Origin: an uncultured Aureibaculum sp.
GTDB lineage: Bacteria; Bacteroidota; Bacteroidia; Flavobacteriales; Flavobacteriaceae
Length of the DNA: 64,000 nucleotides
NCBI GenBank assembly: GCA_963976855.1
Contig: CAXBMA010000008.1
Coordinates: 1,911 to 65,910 of the forward strand
Reading direction: 5' to 3'
The notes below the pieces were generated by a model. That model had not been told where the DNA came from. It made no database searches and saw only the letters and a list, made by a program, of their open reading frames with translations. This document shows positions 40,347-50,308 of this stretch, in pieces; within the stretch, counting starts at the first letter, position 1, and the number at the start of each line of letters is the position of its first letter. Made by a program: the position numbers and the translations under genes.

Positions 40347-41477
40347 TTACTTTTTGATAAAATTTAATACTGTTTCTGTTATAAACTCAATTTGTTCATC
40401 TTCAAGTTCAGTATGCATTGGTAAAGAAATAACAGATTTTACTAATTCGTTTGTGACAGTAAAATTGGTTTCTTTATAACGAGGATCTTGATACGCTTTT
40501 TGGCTGTGAAGTGGTATGGGATAGTAAACTCCACACGGAATATCATTCTCATTTAGATGCTGCACCAAGGCATCTCTATCTACATCTTTTAACTTTAAGG
40601 TGTATTGGTGAAAAACATGTGTCGTGAAGTCGCTTATAACAGGTGTGGTAATTTTATTAGAATTAGCAAAAGCACTGTTGTACTTTTCTGCCGCTTTTTT
40701 TCTTGCAGCACAGTAACTATCTAAATGAGGAAGTTTTATATCTAAAACAGCAGCTTGAATACTGTCTAATCTAGAATTCACACCCACCACATCATGATGA
40801 TAACGAATATACATCCCATGATTTACAATGCCTCTTAACGTGTGGGCTAAATCATCATCATTAGTGAAAATGGCACCACCATCTCCATAACAACCTAAAT
40901 TTTTTGAAGGGAAAAATGACGTGGTTCCTACAATTCCCATAGTACCTGCTTTTTTCTTTGTTCCATTACTAAAGGTAAAATCAGCACCAATAGCTTGAGC
41001 AGTATCCTCAATTACATATAAGTTGTGTTCTTTTGCAATTTGCATAACAGCTTCCATGTTTGCACATTGTCCAAATAAATGAACAGGAATAATGGCTTTC
41101 GTTTTGGGAGTGATGGCTTTTTTCAAGGCATCAATATCTATATTAAAAGTATCTGGTTCAACATCAACAAGAACCGGCGTTAATTTTAATAACGCGATCA
41201 CTTCTACTGTTGCTGCAAAGGTAAAGTCGGCGGTAATTACCTCATCTCCTTGCTCTAAACCTAAGCCCATCATTGCAATTTGCAATGCGTCAGTTCCATT
41301 CGCACAGGGTATTACATGTTTTACATCGAGATAGGTTTCTAGATTTTTTTGAAACGATTTTACTTGAGGTCCATTGATAAAAGCGGTTGTCTCTATCACA
41401 GTTGAAATAGCAGTATCTACTTCACCTTTTATTTTTTTATATTGACCATTGAGGTCAACCATTTGAATTTTTTTCAT
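40347..41477 (-). CDS. DegT/DnrJ/EryC1/StrS family sugar aminotransferase
   Basis: NGTDAL, VHLFG, EDTAQA, SFFPSKNLG, GVNSRLD. Confidence 0.92.
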   Translation of the reverse strand: MKKIQMVDLNGQYKKIKGEVDTAISTVIETTAFINGPQVKSFQKNLETYLDVKHVIPCANGTDALQIAMMGLGLEQGDEVITADFTFAATVEVIALLKLTPVLVDVEPDTFNIDIDALKKAITPKTKAIIPVHLFGQCANMEAVMQIAKEHNLYVIEDTAQAIGADFTFSNGTKKKAGTMGIVGTTSFFPSKNLGCYGDGGAIFTNDDDLAHTLRGIVNHGMYIRYHHDVVGVNSRLDSIQAAVLDIKLPHLDSYCAARKKAAEKYNSAFANSNKITTPVISDFTTHVFHQYTLKLKDVDRDALVQHLNENDIPCGVYYPIPLHSQKAYQDPRYKETNFTVTNELVKSVISLPMHTELEDEQIEFITETVLNFIKK

Positions 41478-41562
41478 TTAGCTAAATTTCTAATCCATAA
41501 ACGAACAAAAATACGAATTATTTAAGTGCTGTAAAGCTAAATTTCTATTTTAGCATTTACTT

Positions 41563-42804
41563 ATGCTTTTTTTATATAACATCATTGTTAACCTTATTGG
41601 ATTTTTGTTGAAAATCATCGCTTTTTTCAATAAAAAAATCAAACTTTTTGTGAGCGGTAGAACTGCGGTTTTTAAAACCTTAAATACCGCTCTTTTCGAC
41701 GATTCACCGGTTATATGGTTTCACTGTGCTTCTTTAGGGGAATTTGAACAAGGAAGACCTATTATAGAAAACTTTAAAAGCCAATATGCAAACTATAAAA
41801 TAGTCGTCACTTTTTTTTCACCTTCTGGCTATGAAGTGAGAAAAGAATATACAAATGCTGATGTGGTTACCTATTTACCGTTAGACACAAAGCGAAATGC
41901 ACGAAAATTCATTAGAATAGTAAAACCAAAAATAGCTGTTTTTGTAAAATATGAATTTTGGCCAAATTTTTTAAACGAGCTAAAAAAGGAGCAGATTCCC
42001 ACCATTTTAGTTTCTGGTATTTTTAGAGAAAGCCAATCTTTTTTTAAATGGTATGGGTCTTGGATGCGTACTTCATTAGCAGCATTCAATCATTTTTTTG
42101 TACAAAACGAAAACTCTAAAAAGCTTTTAAACGGAATTGGTTTTGACAATATCACAATTAGTGGAGATACGCGTTTCGACAGGGTTTTTGAAATTACAAG
42201 ACAAGATAATTCTTTAGATTTTATTGAACGGTTTATAGGAGATAAACTTGTGCTAGTTGCTGGTAGCACTTGGGAAAAAGATGAAGCGCTTTTAGTAAGC
42301 TACATCAATAATCACGCTGGAGAAAATGAAAAGTTTATTATTGCACCACATACGATAGACCCGAATCAAATTAACAAACTACAGGAGCGCATTTTTACAA
42401 AATCATTATTATATTCTGATAAATTAAATGCGGAATACGCTGATGTCCAAGTATTGATAGTTGACTCTATAGGCATTTTAACAAAGGTTTATAGCTATGC
42501 AAATATTGCCTATGTAGGAGGTGGCTTTGGTGTGGGCATACACAATATCTTAGAGCCTGCAACTTTCGGTGTACCAATATTAATCGGTCCCAATTATAAA
42601 AAATTTAAAGAAGCTGTTGATCTAATTGAAGAAGGTGCCTGTATTGTTGTTAGGGACAACGTGCAATTACAGGGTGAGTTATCGCCCTTAGTTAGGGATC
42701 GAAAATTTAGAGAAGGGAAGGGCCATAAAGCTGAGAATTATATTAAGAAAAATGTAGGAGCAACCCCAATTATAATAGACTATCTTCATAAAATATTAGG
42801 ATAA
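41563..42804 (+). CDS. waaA: 3-deoxy-D-manno-octulosonic acid transferase
   Basis: WFHCASLGE, GDTRFD, AGSTW, AYVGGGF, HNILEPA. Confidence 0.94.
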   Translation: MLFLYNIIVNLIGFLLKIIAFFNKKIKLFVSGRTAVFKTLNTALFDDSPVIWFHCASLGEFEQGRPIIENFKSQYANYKIVVTFFSPSGYEVRKEYTNADVVTYLPLDTKRNARKFIRIVKPKIAVFVKYEFWPNFLNELKKEQIPTILVSGIFRESQSFFKWYGSWMRTSLAAFNHFFVQNENSKKLLNGIGFDNITISGDTRFDRVFEITRQDNSLDFIERFIGDKLVLVAGSTWEKDEALLVSYINNHAGENEKFIIAPHTIDPNQINKLQERIFTKSLLYSDKLNAEYADVQVLIVDSIGILTKVYSYANIAYVGGGFGVGIHNILEPATFGVPILIGPNYKKFKEAVDLIEEGACIVVRDNVQLQGELSPLVRDRKFREGKGHKAENYIKKNVGATPIIIDYLHKILG

Positions 42805-42807
42805 CGA

Positions 42808-43443
42808 ATGTTACAAGAAAAGTTAAACACCTATTTTAAAACGATTTTCGAGGATGATTTGATACAAGAAATTGGTCAATTCGGAACGTATCAAAAGGTA
42901 ACTAAAAATGATTTGTTGATAGATATCGGCGAAAAGTTTGATAAAATTCCATTGGTGTTAAAAGGGGCTATAAAAATAAGTAGAGAAGACGAAAATGGTG
43001 ATGAAATTATATTGTATTTCTTAGAAGAGGGCGATACTTGCACTGTTACTTTTGGCAGTGGATTGGGTGATACTAAAAGTATGATACGAGGCACCGCAGA
43101 AAAAGACTCAGAGATTATTTTTATTCCAGTTGAAAAGCTAGAGGAATGGTTAGTTAGCTATAAATCTTGGCGAAAATTTGTGATTGATAGTTATAATTTT
43201 CGATTGTCTGAAATGCTCGAAACCATCGATACTTTGGCATTTATGAAAATGGATCAGCGCCTGTTTAAGTACCTTTCCGACAAGGTGAAAATAATGAACA
43301 GTCCCTCATTAACGACTACACATCAAGAAATTGCTCAAGATTTGAATACTTCTAGAGTTGTGATCAGTAGACTGCTAAAACAACTTGAAAATGAAAAGAA
43401 GATTCAACTATATAGAAATAGAATAGAAGTTCTTGCTGAGTAA
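42808..43443 (+). CDS. Crp/Fnr family transcriptional regulator
   Basis: cNMP-like N-domain; C-terminal HTH THQEIAQDLNTSRVVISRLLKQLE. Confidence 0.92.
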   Translation: MLQEKLNTYFKTIFEDDLIQEIGQFGTYQKVTKNDLLIDIGEKFDKIPLVLKGAIKISREDENGDEIILYFLEEGDTCTVTFGSGLGDTKSMIRGTAEKDSEIIFIPVEKLEEWLVSYKSWRKFVIDSYNFRLSEMLETIDTLAFMKMDQRLFKYLSDKVKIMNSPSLTTTHQEIAQDLNTSRVVISRLLKQLENEKKIQLYRNRIEVLAE

Positions 43444-43482
43444 CAATTGTTGCACTGGAACTTTAAGATTTAACTAATTTCG
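43440..43482 (+). promoter_or_regulatory. Candidate Crp/Fnr box (GTAACAATTGTTGC) plus -7 promoter element (TAATTTCG) of the yeeE operon
   Basis: Near-palindrome at 43440-43453 centred 28.5 nt before the -7 element at 43475; same geometry as at 55615. Confidence 0.62.
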
Positions 43483-43502
43483 CAACCAAATACTTATAAA
43501 AT

Positions 43503-44063
43503 ATGGACTTTATTTCACAACCATGGCCGTGGTATGTTGCCGGCCCAATGATATCACTAGTGTTATTTTTACTTTATTATTTAGGGAAATCATTTGGGGT
43601 ATCTTCAAATTTAGAAACACTATGTGCCTTAGGTGGTGCGGGTAATTTTTCAGACTATTTTAAATCGCTTGACTGGCGAAAGAACAGTTGGAATTTACTA
43701 TTTATTATAGGCGCTATTTTGGGTGGTTTTATTACCTATCAATGGCTAACACCAACAGAGCAAATTGCTTTAAATCCTCAAACAATTGAGGACTTGAGAG
43801 AAATCGGATTTCAGAATGCGGGTGCTCAATACTTGCCCGATGAAATTTTTGGTATGGATGCCTTGTTTTCTATAAAAGGATTGATCCTGCTACTTGTTGG
43901 AGGAGCACTCGTGGGATTTGGTGCACGATACGCCGGTGGTTGTACTTCTGGACACGCCATTGTTGGCTTGAGTAATCTAGAATTACCATCTTTAATATCC
44001 GTAATAGGATTTTTTATAGGAGGCTTACTAATGACATGGATAATTTTACCCTTACTATTTTAG
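43503..44063 (+). CDS. YeeE/YedE family sulfur-compound transporter subunit
   Basis: WPWYVAG, FGVSS, GFGARYAGGCTSGH. Confidence 0.88.
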   Translation: MDFISQPWPWYVAGPMISLVLFLLYYLGKSFGVSSNLETLCALGGAGNFSDYFKSLDWRKNSWNLLFIIGAILGGFITYQWLTPTEQIALNPQTIEDLREIGFQNAGAQYLPDEIFGMDALFSIKGLILLLVGGALVGFGARYAGGCTSGHAIVGLSNLELPSLISVIGFFIGGLLMTWIILPLLF

Positions 44064-44066
44064 ACG

Positions 44067-44480
44067 ATGAAAAAACTTAAATTTTTAGCAGTAGGAATAC
44101 TTTTTGGAATAATATTAAGCAAGGCTGAAGTTATTTCATGGTATCGAATTTATGAAATGTTCAAATTTCAATCATTTCATATGTATGGCGTTATTGGTTC
44201 GGCCGTTTTTTTCGGAATCATTTTAATGTATTTGTTTAAAAAAGGAGCCATTAAAACGTATACAGGAGAACAAATTAGAATAGCCCCTAAAAGAAAAGGT
44301 TTTACACGTAACATCCTTGGAGGAACCATTTTTGGTTTGGGTTGGGCTTTGGCAGGCGCATGTCCAGGGCCGATGTTTATTTTATTGGGCCGAGGTGCTT
44401 TTGCCATTAGCGTTGTTATTTTAGGAGCTTTACTAGGTGCGTTTTTCTATCATGCAGTTAAAAACAAAATCCCACATTAA
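44067..44480 (+). CDS. YeeE/YedE family sulfur-compound transporter, second half-size subunit
   Basis: SWYRIYEMF, FHMYGVIG, GLGWALAGACPGP. Confidence 0.85.
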   Translation: MKKLKFLAVGILFGIILSKAEVISWYRIYEMFKFQSFHMYGVIGSAVFFGIILMYLFKKGAIKTYTGEQIRIAPKRKGFTRNILGGTIFGLGWALAGACPGPMFILLGRGAFAISVVILGALLGAFFYHAVKNKIPH

Positions 44481-44528
44481 TTCCGTCGTTTTTCTTTTGT
44501 AACTTGCAGCTTATTCTAAGAAAATTCA

Positions 44529-45524
44529 ATGCAAGGTTTAACAGATCAATTTGGACGACAAATTACTTATTTAAGGTTGGCGGTTACTGACCGTTGTAAC
44601 TTGCGTTGTCAGTATTGTATGCCGGCGCATGGTATTGATATCGTCGATAGAAAAGAACTGTTGACCTTTAAAGAAATGTACCGAATCACACGTGTTTTAA
44701 GTGAGTTGGGTGTGGATAAAGTCCGTTTAACGGGAGGTGAACCTTTTGTGCGGAAAGATTTCATAAAGTTTTTAGAGATGTTATCATTCAATGATCAACT
44801 AGAAGAAATAAACATTACTACAAACGGCGCATTAATCGTTAATCACATTCCCAAATTAGAGGCATTAAAAATAAAAACCATCAATTTAAGTATTGATAGT
44901 TTAAATAAAGACAATTTTTCAGCCATTACCCGTCGAGATGTATTTGATGAGGTTTATAAAACCTTGGAAGCTTTAGAACAAAGCACTTTAAAACTAAAAT
45001 TGAATTGTGTAGTTCAGTCAGGGGTAAATACCCATGAATTGATTGACTTTATTGAACTCACAAAAAATAAGGATTTGGCAGTTCGTTTTATTGAGGAAAT
45101 GCCGTTTAACGGTACGGGTCAAAGAAACACAAAAGAGGTGTGGAATTACACTAAAATTTTAGACACCATTCAATCACACTATAAAGAAATTGTGCCTTTA
45201 AAGAGTGATAAGTCATCTACTTCACATAATTTTAAAATTGACGGTTATAAAGGGGCTTTCGGAATTATCCCGGCATTTACACGTACTATTTGTGGTGACT
45301 GCAATCGGATAAGGATTACTTCAACAGGCCTTTTTAAGAATTGCTTGTTTGACGAAGGTGTTTTTAATGTACGCGACTTTATGCGTAATGGGGCAAGTAA
45401 TGACGATTTGAAACAATTATTTTTGTCTATAGTAAAGGAAAAACCTGAAAATGGTTTTATCGCAGAAGCGAATCGAAAAAAGAACAAAAAGGTTTCTGAA
45501 AGCATGTCTACTATTGGAGGTTAA
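44529..45524 (+). CDS. moaA: GTP 3',8-cyclase
   Basis: Radical SAM CNLRCQYC, LTGGEP, CGDCNRIR, C-terminal IGG. Confidence 0.96.
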   Translation: MQGLTDQFGRQITYLRLAVTDRCNLRCQYCMPAHGIDIVDRKELLTFKEMYRITRVLSELGVDKVRLTGGEPFVRKDFIKFLEMLSFNDQLEEINITTNGALIVNHIPKLEALKIKTINLSIDSLNKDNFSAITRRDVFDEVYKTLEALEQSTLKLKLNCVVQSGVNTHELIDFIELTKNKDLAVRFIEEMPFNGTGQRNTKEVWNYTKILDTIQSHYKEIVPLKSDKSSTSHNFKIDGYKGAFGIIPAFTRTICGDCNRIRITSTGLFKNCLFDEGVFNVRDFMRNGASNDDLKQLFLSIVKEKPENGFIAEANRKKNKKVSESMSTIGG

Positions 45525-45529
45525 ATGAT

Positions 45530-46759
45530 ATGATTACATCACAACAAGCATTAGATATTATATTAAGTAACGCTCAAGATTTTGGTAGTGAAGAAATTTC
45601 TTTTACCAAATCACAGGGTCGCACCTTAAAAGAGGATATCAAAGCCGATAGAGATTTTCCTCCTTTTAATAGAGTGAGTATGGACGGAATAGCGATTTCT
45701 TATAAGGCTTTCACGGAAGGAAGAAGAGATTTTAGAATCGAAAATATTCAAGCCGCAGGTAGTGAACAGTTAGCATTAAAAAATGAAGCAAACTGTATCG
45801 AAGTGATGACAGGGGCTGTAGTTCCAAAAAATACAAATGCAGTCATCAGATATGAGGATTTAATTATTGAAAATGAAGTTGCCACCATTGGTGTTGAGAC
45901 AATTAGCAACCATCAAAATATCCATGAACAGGGGAAGGATCGAAAAGAAGGCGATGTGTTGATTAAAAAAAACAAAATTATTTCTGCTGCTGAAATAGGC
46001 GTGTTGGCAACGGTAGGGAAATCTATGGTTACTGTAGCAAAACAACCAAAAGTACTTATTATTTCTACTGGAGATGAGTTGGTTGAAGTTGCTGAAAAAC
46101 CATTGTCATATCAAATTAGAAGAAGTAATGTACATACGTTGGTTTCATTATTAGAACGATTGCAGCTAAAAGCAGATTCCGTTCATTTACCAGATGATAA
46201 ACCGTTGTTAAAAGAAAAAATAGCGCAGCAATTAATTACCTATGACGTGCTTCTTTTTAGTGGTGCTGTTAGTAAAGGGAAATTCGATTTTTTACCTGAA
46301 GTATTGGAAGAGTTAGGGGTAAAGAAACAATTCCATAAGGTAAAACAACGCCCAGGAAAACCATTCTGGTTCGGGACCTTTGAGCCATTGACTGAAAGTG
46401 AACGTACTGAAAAAAAGGAGATGAAAACAGTGGTTTTTGCTTTCCCAGGAAATCCGGTTTCAACTTTTGTTGGCTGCCTTAACTATTTTTACCCTTGGTA
46501 CAAGAAATCGATTGGTGTGGTTTATAAAAATTATGACAAGGCCATTTTAGCAAAGGATGTGAGTTTTAAACCAGACTTGACCTACTTTTTACAGGTCCAA
46601 TTAGAAAATAGAAAAGGTTTGTTGGTTGCGGTACCAGTAACAGGAAATGGCTCTGGAGATTTGGCTAATTTAGTCAATGTAGATGCTTTTTTAGTGCTAC
46701 CAAACAACCAAACAGATTTTAAAACGGGAGGGGCATATCCTATAATTAAATATAGATAA
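45530..46759 (+). CDS. moeA: Molybdopterin molybdotransferase
   Basis: PPFNRVSMDG, VMTGA, STGDEL, GAVSKG, QRPGKP, FPGNPVS, GSGD. Confidence 0.94.
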   Translation: MITSQQALDIILSNAQDFGSEEISFTKSQGRTLKEDIKADRDFPPFNRVSMDGIAISYKAFTEGRRDFRIENIQAAGSEQLALKNEANCIEVMTGAVVPKNTNAVIRYEDLIIENEVATIGVETISNHQNIHEQGKDRKEGDVLIKKNKIISAAEIGVLATVGKSMVTVAKQPKVLIISTGDELVEVAEKPLSYQIRRSNVHTLVSLLERLQLKADSVHLPDDKPLLKEKIAQQLITYDVLLFSGAVSKGKFDFLPEVLEELGVKKQFHKVKQRPGKPFWFGTFEPLTESERTEKKEMKTVVFAFPGNPVSTFVGCLNYFYPWYKKSIGVVYKNYDKAILAKDVSFKPDLTYFLQVQLENRKGLLVAVPVTGNGSGDLANLVNVDAFLVLPNNQTDFKTGGAYPIIKYR

Positions 46760-47248
46760 ATGAGTAATTTTTCACATATAAACAAAGACAATCAACCAAA
46801 AATGGTACATGTTGGTGATAAGGAAGTAACCAAAAGAATGGCAACAGCAAGTGCGGAGCTATTTTTAGGAAAGGAAATTGTCTTACATTTTACCAATAAT
46901 GAAATTGTGACCAAAAAGGGGCCCGTTTTTCAAACTGCTATTATTGCCGGAATTCAAGCAGTAAAAAAGACAGCCGACTTAATTCCGATGTGCCACCCTT
47001 TACTCATAAACGGTGTAGATATTACAATTGATGTAATAGATGCTACCCAGGTAAAAATTATATGCACAGTAGAAGTTGACGGCAAAACTGGGGTTGAAAT
47101 GGAAGCGCTTACAGGTGCTTCAGTTGCAGCATTAACTATTTACGATATGTGTAAAGCCTTGTCTAAAGAAATAATAATCAAAGCCGTGAAGCTGGTAGAA
47201 AAAACGGGCGGAAAATCGGATTATAAAATCGATGACAATGGAAATTAA
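46760..47248 (+). CDS. moaC: Cyclic pyranopterin monophosphate synthase
   Basis: MVHVGDK, AGIQAVKKT, LIPMCHP, TGVEMEAL, YDMCKA, KTGGKS. Confidence 0.96.
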   Translation: MSNFSHINKDNQPKMVHVGDKEVTKRMATASAELFLGKEIVLHFTNNEIVTKKGPVFQTAIIAGIQAVKKTADLIPMCHPLLINGVDITIDVIDATQVKIICTVEVDGKTGVEMEALTGASVAALTIYDMCKALSKEIIIKAVKLVEKTGGKSDYKIDDNGN

Positions 47249-48359
47249 AAAACATCAAAAACACACTCAATTAATTCGTAGAGAAAATGATCATTTCGCT
47301 CCAAACGAAATTTCCATTTTAGGTGTAAAATGTTCGATAATTAGTGATTTAGTTCAAAAAATAGGTAAAAAACTTCAAAAAACGTCAAATTTAGCATATT
47401 TAGATGCTTCGCATTCCGAAGCGCTTCAAGCGCCAATTGTAGATGTGTTTACAACGCACCATTCAGGCATTTTAAACACCAATAGTACTACAGAGTTGAA
47501 TGCCTATAATGAACGCATTCGTTTTGCTGCTTATGACCTCTTGTTAATTAATGGAAATCATTTTAAAGGGGACAAACAAATCTTAATTCTAGATAATGAA
47601 AAAGAAGCTTCGGTTAAGAAACGTTTAGATCAATTAGATAGAATACAGTTTGTTATTAAGTTGCATGAAGATGCAAAATATTTTGACTTTTTAGTTGAAA
47701 AACACCCAACCATTAAAAACTTGAGATGCTATCATATTGATGAAATTGATAAAATAGCAAGGCATATTGAAAATTTAATTCAAGAAAAAATCGCTCCCGT
47801 TAAGGGCTTGGTTTTAGCCGGAGGTAAAAGCACCAGAATGGGTGCTAATAAAACGATGCTTAATTATCATGGAACATCGCAGTTGAACTATGCCACTGAA
47901 CTATTGGAACACAATTTATTGGAAACCTATATTTCTGTTGGTCTCGATCAAGATACTGAATCAAAGGCATTTATAAAAGACAGCTTTTTTAATTTAGGGC
48001 CTTTTGGTGCAATATGCTCTGCATTTCGGTTTGACCCCAATAAAGCATGGTGTGTTTTGGCAACTGATTTACCATTTGTAACTGATGATTTGATTAAATT
48101 ACTGTTGCAAAAACGAAACCCAAAAAAAATAGCAACGGCTATAAAAGGGAAATCTAAAGAATTTGTAGAGCCATTAATTACTATTTACGAGCCAAAAGCT
48201 TATCCTGTTTTATTAAGTTATTTGGCACAAGGATATGCGTGCCCTAGAAAAGTATTGATCAATTCAGATGTAGAAATTGTAGAAGTTGACGATGTTTTGA
48301 TTCAGAATATAAACACGCCCGAAGAATTTGAAGAAGCCATCAAAAAAATTAATAAGTAA
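47232..48359 (+). CDS. MobA-like NTP transferase (Moco guanylyltransferase) with a ~185-aa N-terminal extra domain
   Basis: C-terminal half: GLVLAGGKSTRMG, GPFGAI, ATDLP, EPL, NINTPEE. Confidence 0.82.
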   Translation: MTMEIKKHQKHTQLIRRENDHFAPNEISILGVKCSIISDLVQKIGKKLQKTSNLAYLDASHSEALQAPIVDVFTTHHSGILNTNSTTELNAYNERIRFAAYDLLLINGNHFKGDKQILILDNEKEASVKKRLDQLDRIQFVIKLHEDAKYFDFLVEKHPTIKNLRCYHIDEIDKIARHIENLIQEKIAPVKGLVLAGGKSTRMGANKTMLNYHGTSQLNYATELLEHNLLETYISVGLDQDTESKAFIKDSFFNLGPFGAICSAFRFDPNKAWCVLATDLPFVTDDLIKLLLQKRNPKKIATAIKGKSKEFVEPLITIYEPKAYPVLLSYLAQGYACPRKVLINSDVEIVEVDDVLIQNINTPEEFEEAIKKINK

Positions 48360-49199
48360 TTGCAAAATACACTTCACATCTTAAATGGTGATAGCACCAC
48401 TAACGGCATTGAAAAAGGCGGGATTGGCGGCGATACTATTATTTGGCGAGAAATGCTTGTTGAAGGACCGTTACATCAAGATATTGGTAGTGATGCATTT
48501 TGGTTGCAACGATATTCATTTTTTGAGAATGAATTCGGTGTTTCTAAAATAGATTATTATGATAAAACCATCAAAGAATTAGTTCGAATAGAAGATTTAT
48601 CCGACTATAATGAGGTGGTTTTGTGGTTTGAATTCGATTTGTTCTGTCAGATAAACTTAATAGCGCTTTGCACTTATTTATTACAATCGTATAGAAAGGA
48701 TATTAATTATTATTTAGTGTGTACCGGTAAGGTGAAAGGAGAAAAGCAACTACGATCATTGGCCGATTATGCATCAAATGAATATCCTGAATTATTCGAA
48801 AATAGAATTAAACTTTCAAGACACAATTTGTTGTATGCGCAGCAATGTTGGAATGTATATGTTGCAAATAACCAGGAAGAATTGGCGCAATTTAATTTTA
48901 ATAAAAGCGCAAAATTTAAGTACTTAAAACCAGCGATAGATCAGCATCTAAAACGATTTGCTCAAAAAAATGAGCTCAACCAAATAGACACTAAAATAGT
49001 AGAAATAATTCATGATGGAATTGGAGAAGAAAGGGCGATTGTAAAAGAATTACTGCGGTGGCAACAAGAAGAAACGGTATATGGTTTTGGGGATTTACAA
49101 TATTTTAAATATCTCGAAAATATGAAAACGTACTATACCATTAAAAATGAGAACTATAGCTTGAATGCTTTAGGAAGAACGATCATAAACAACATATGA
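48360..49199 (+). CDS. DUF1835 domain protein
   Basis: LHILNGD, WREML.EGP, LWFEFDLFCQ, GFGDLQY; TTG start abutting the upstream stop. Confidence 0.72.
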   Translation: MQNTLHILNGDSTTNGIEKGGIGGDTIIWREMLVEGPLHQDIGSDAFWLQRYSFFENEFGVSKIDYYDKTIKELVRIEDLSDYNEVVLWFEFDLFCQINLIALCTYLLQSYRKDINYYLVCTGKVKGEKQLRSLADYASNEYPELFENRIKLSRHNLLYAQQCWNVYVANNQEELAQFNFNKSAKFKYLKPAIDQHLKRFAQKNELNQIDTKIVEIIHDGIGEERAIVKELLRWQQEETVYGFGDLQYFKYLENMKTYYTIKNENYSLNALGRTIINNI

Positions 49200-50308
49200 A
49201 AATAACGAAGAAAGAACTATATAAACGTCAAACTACCTTAGCCGAAATAGGAGATCTCGGTCAAAAAAAATTGGTACAATCCAACGTTGTTATTGTTGGT
49301 TGTGGTGGTTTAGGAGGTGTAGCGGCTGTTTATTTGGCAGCTAGCGGGGTTGGTGTAATTCATTTGGTAGATTATGATGTGGTAGACGTTTCTAATTTAC
49401 ACCGGCAGGTATTTTATACACCGGCCGATGTTGGCAAACCAAAAGTGGAGGTGTTGGCGAATCATATTCGATCAATGACTCCTTTTGTTGCCGTACCTGT
49501 TTCCAATATGATGGTTAAAAAAAACAATGTAATCAAGATGCTTTCAAAAGCAGATTACGTGCTCGATTGTACCGATAGTTTACCCGTTAAATACCTGTTA
49601 AATGACGCTTGTATCTTACTAGACAAGCCGTTGATTTACGGATCACTCTATAAATATGACGGTTATGTAGCTAGTTTTAACATAAAAGATAAAAAGGGTG
49701 CGTTCAGCAGTAACTTGCGTGACGCATTTCCTGAAATATCTAAAGAAGCCATACCCAATTGTTCTGAAATAGGCACTTTAAATACAATCGTGGGTATTAT
49801 AGGTTTATTACAAGCGAATGAAGTGTTGAAATTGATAACAGGTATTGGAAAACCACTGATAAACGAATTGTTAATTTATAATAGTTTGGAGAATTCTCAG
49901 TACAAAATGAAATTGAAACCGCGAGACACATCTTATACTGAGCGTAAGCAACGAATTGCGAAACTTTTTGAAAGGGAAACTTATTTTGATGCTACTAATG
50001 AAGTACAAGATGAAGCCTTATTGATTTCGGCGGAAGTGTTACGGAAAAAATTATCATTTGGTGAAGCTACTTTGGGATTAAACATTATTTCGGTTATTGA
50101 AGATATGAAGATTCAGGTACCGTTTCACGTTCATAAAAAAATACCCTTATCACAGTTGAATGTTGAAGCGCTTAATTTTAATGAAGCGAATGAATATGTG
50201 ATTGTTTGTAACAAAGGGGTTTCAAGTTATATTGCAATGCAAAAAATTAAAGAAGTACATCCAGACCTGAAAGTGTTAAGTTTAAAAAACGGAATAACAA
50301 ATTACTAA
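49196..50308 (+). CDS. moeB: MoeB/ThiF family adenylyltransferase with C-terminal rhodanese-like domain
   Basis: VGCGGLG, DYDVVDVSNLHRQ, DCTDS, PNCSEIG; C-terminal IVCNKGVSS. Confidence 0.85.
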   Translation: MKITKKELYKRQTTLAEIGDLGQKKLVQSNVVIVGCGGLGGVAAVYLAASGVGVIHLVDYDVVDVSNLHRQVFYTPADVGKPKVEVLANHIRSMTPFVAVPVSNMMVKKNNVIKMLSKADYVLDCTDSLPVKYLLNDACILLDKPLIYGSLYKYDGYVASFNIKDKKGAFSSNLRDAFPEISKEAIPNCSEIGTLNTIVGIIGLLQANEVLKLITGIGKPLINELLIYNSLENSQYKMKLKPRDTSYTERKQRIAKLFERETYFDATNEVQDEALLISAEVLRKKLSFGEATLGLNIISVIEDMKIQVPFHVHKKIPLSQLNVEALNFNEANEYVIVCNKGVSSYIAMQKIKEVHPDLKVLSLKNGITNY

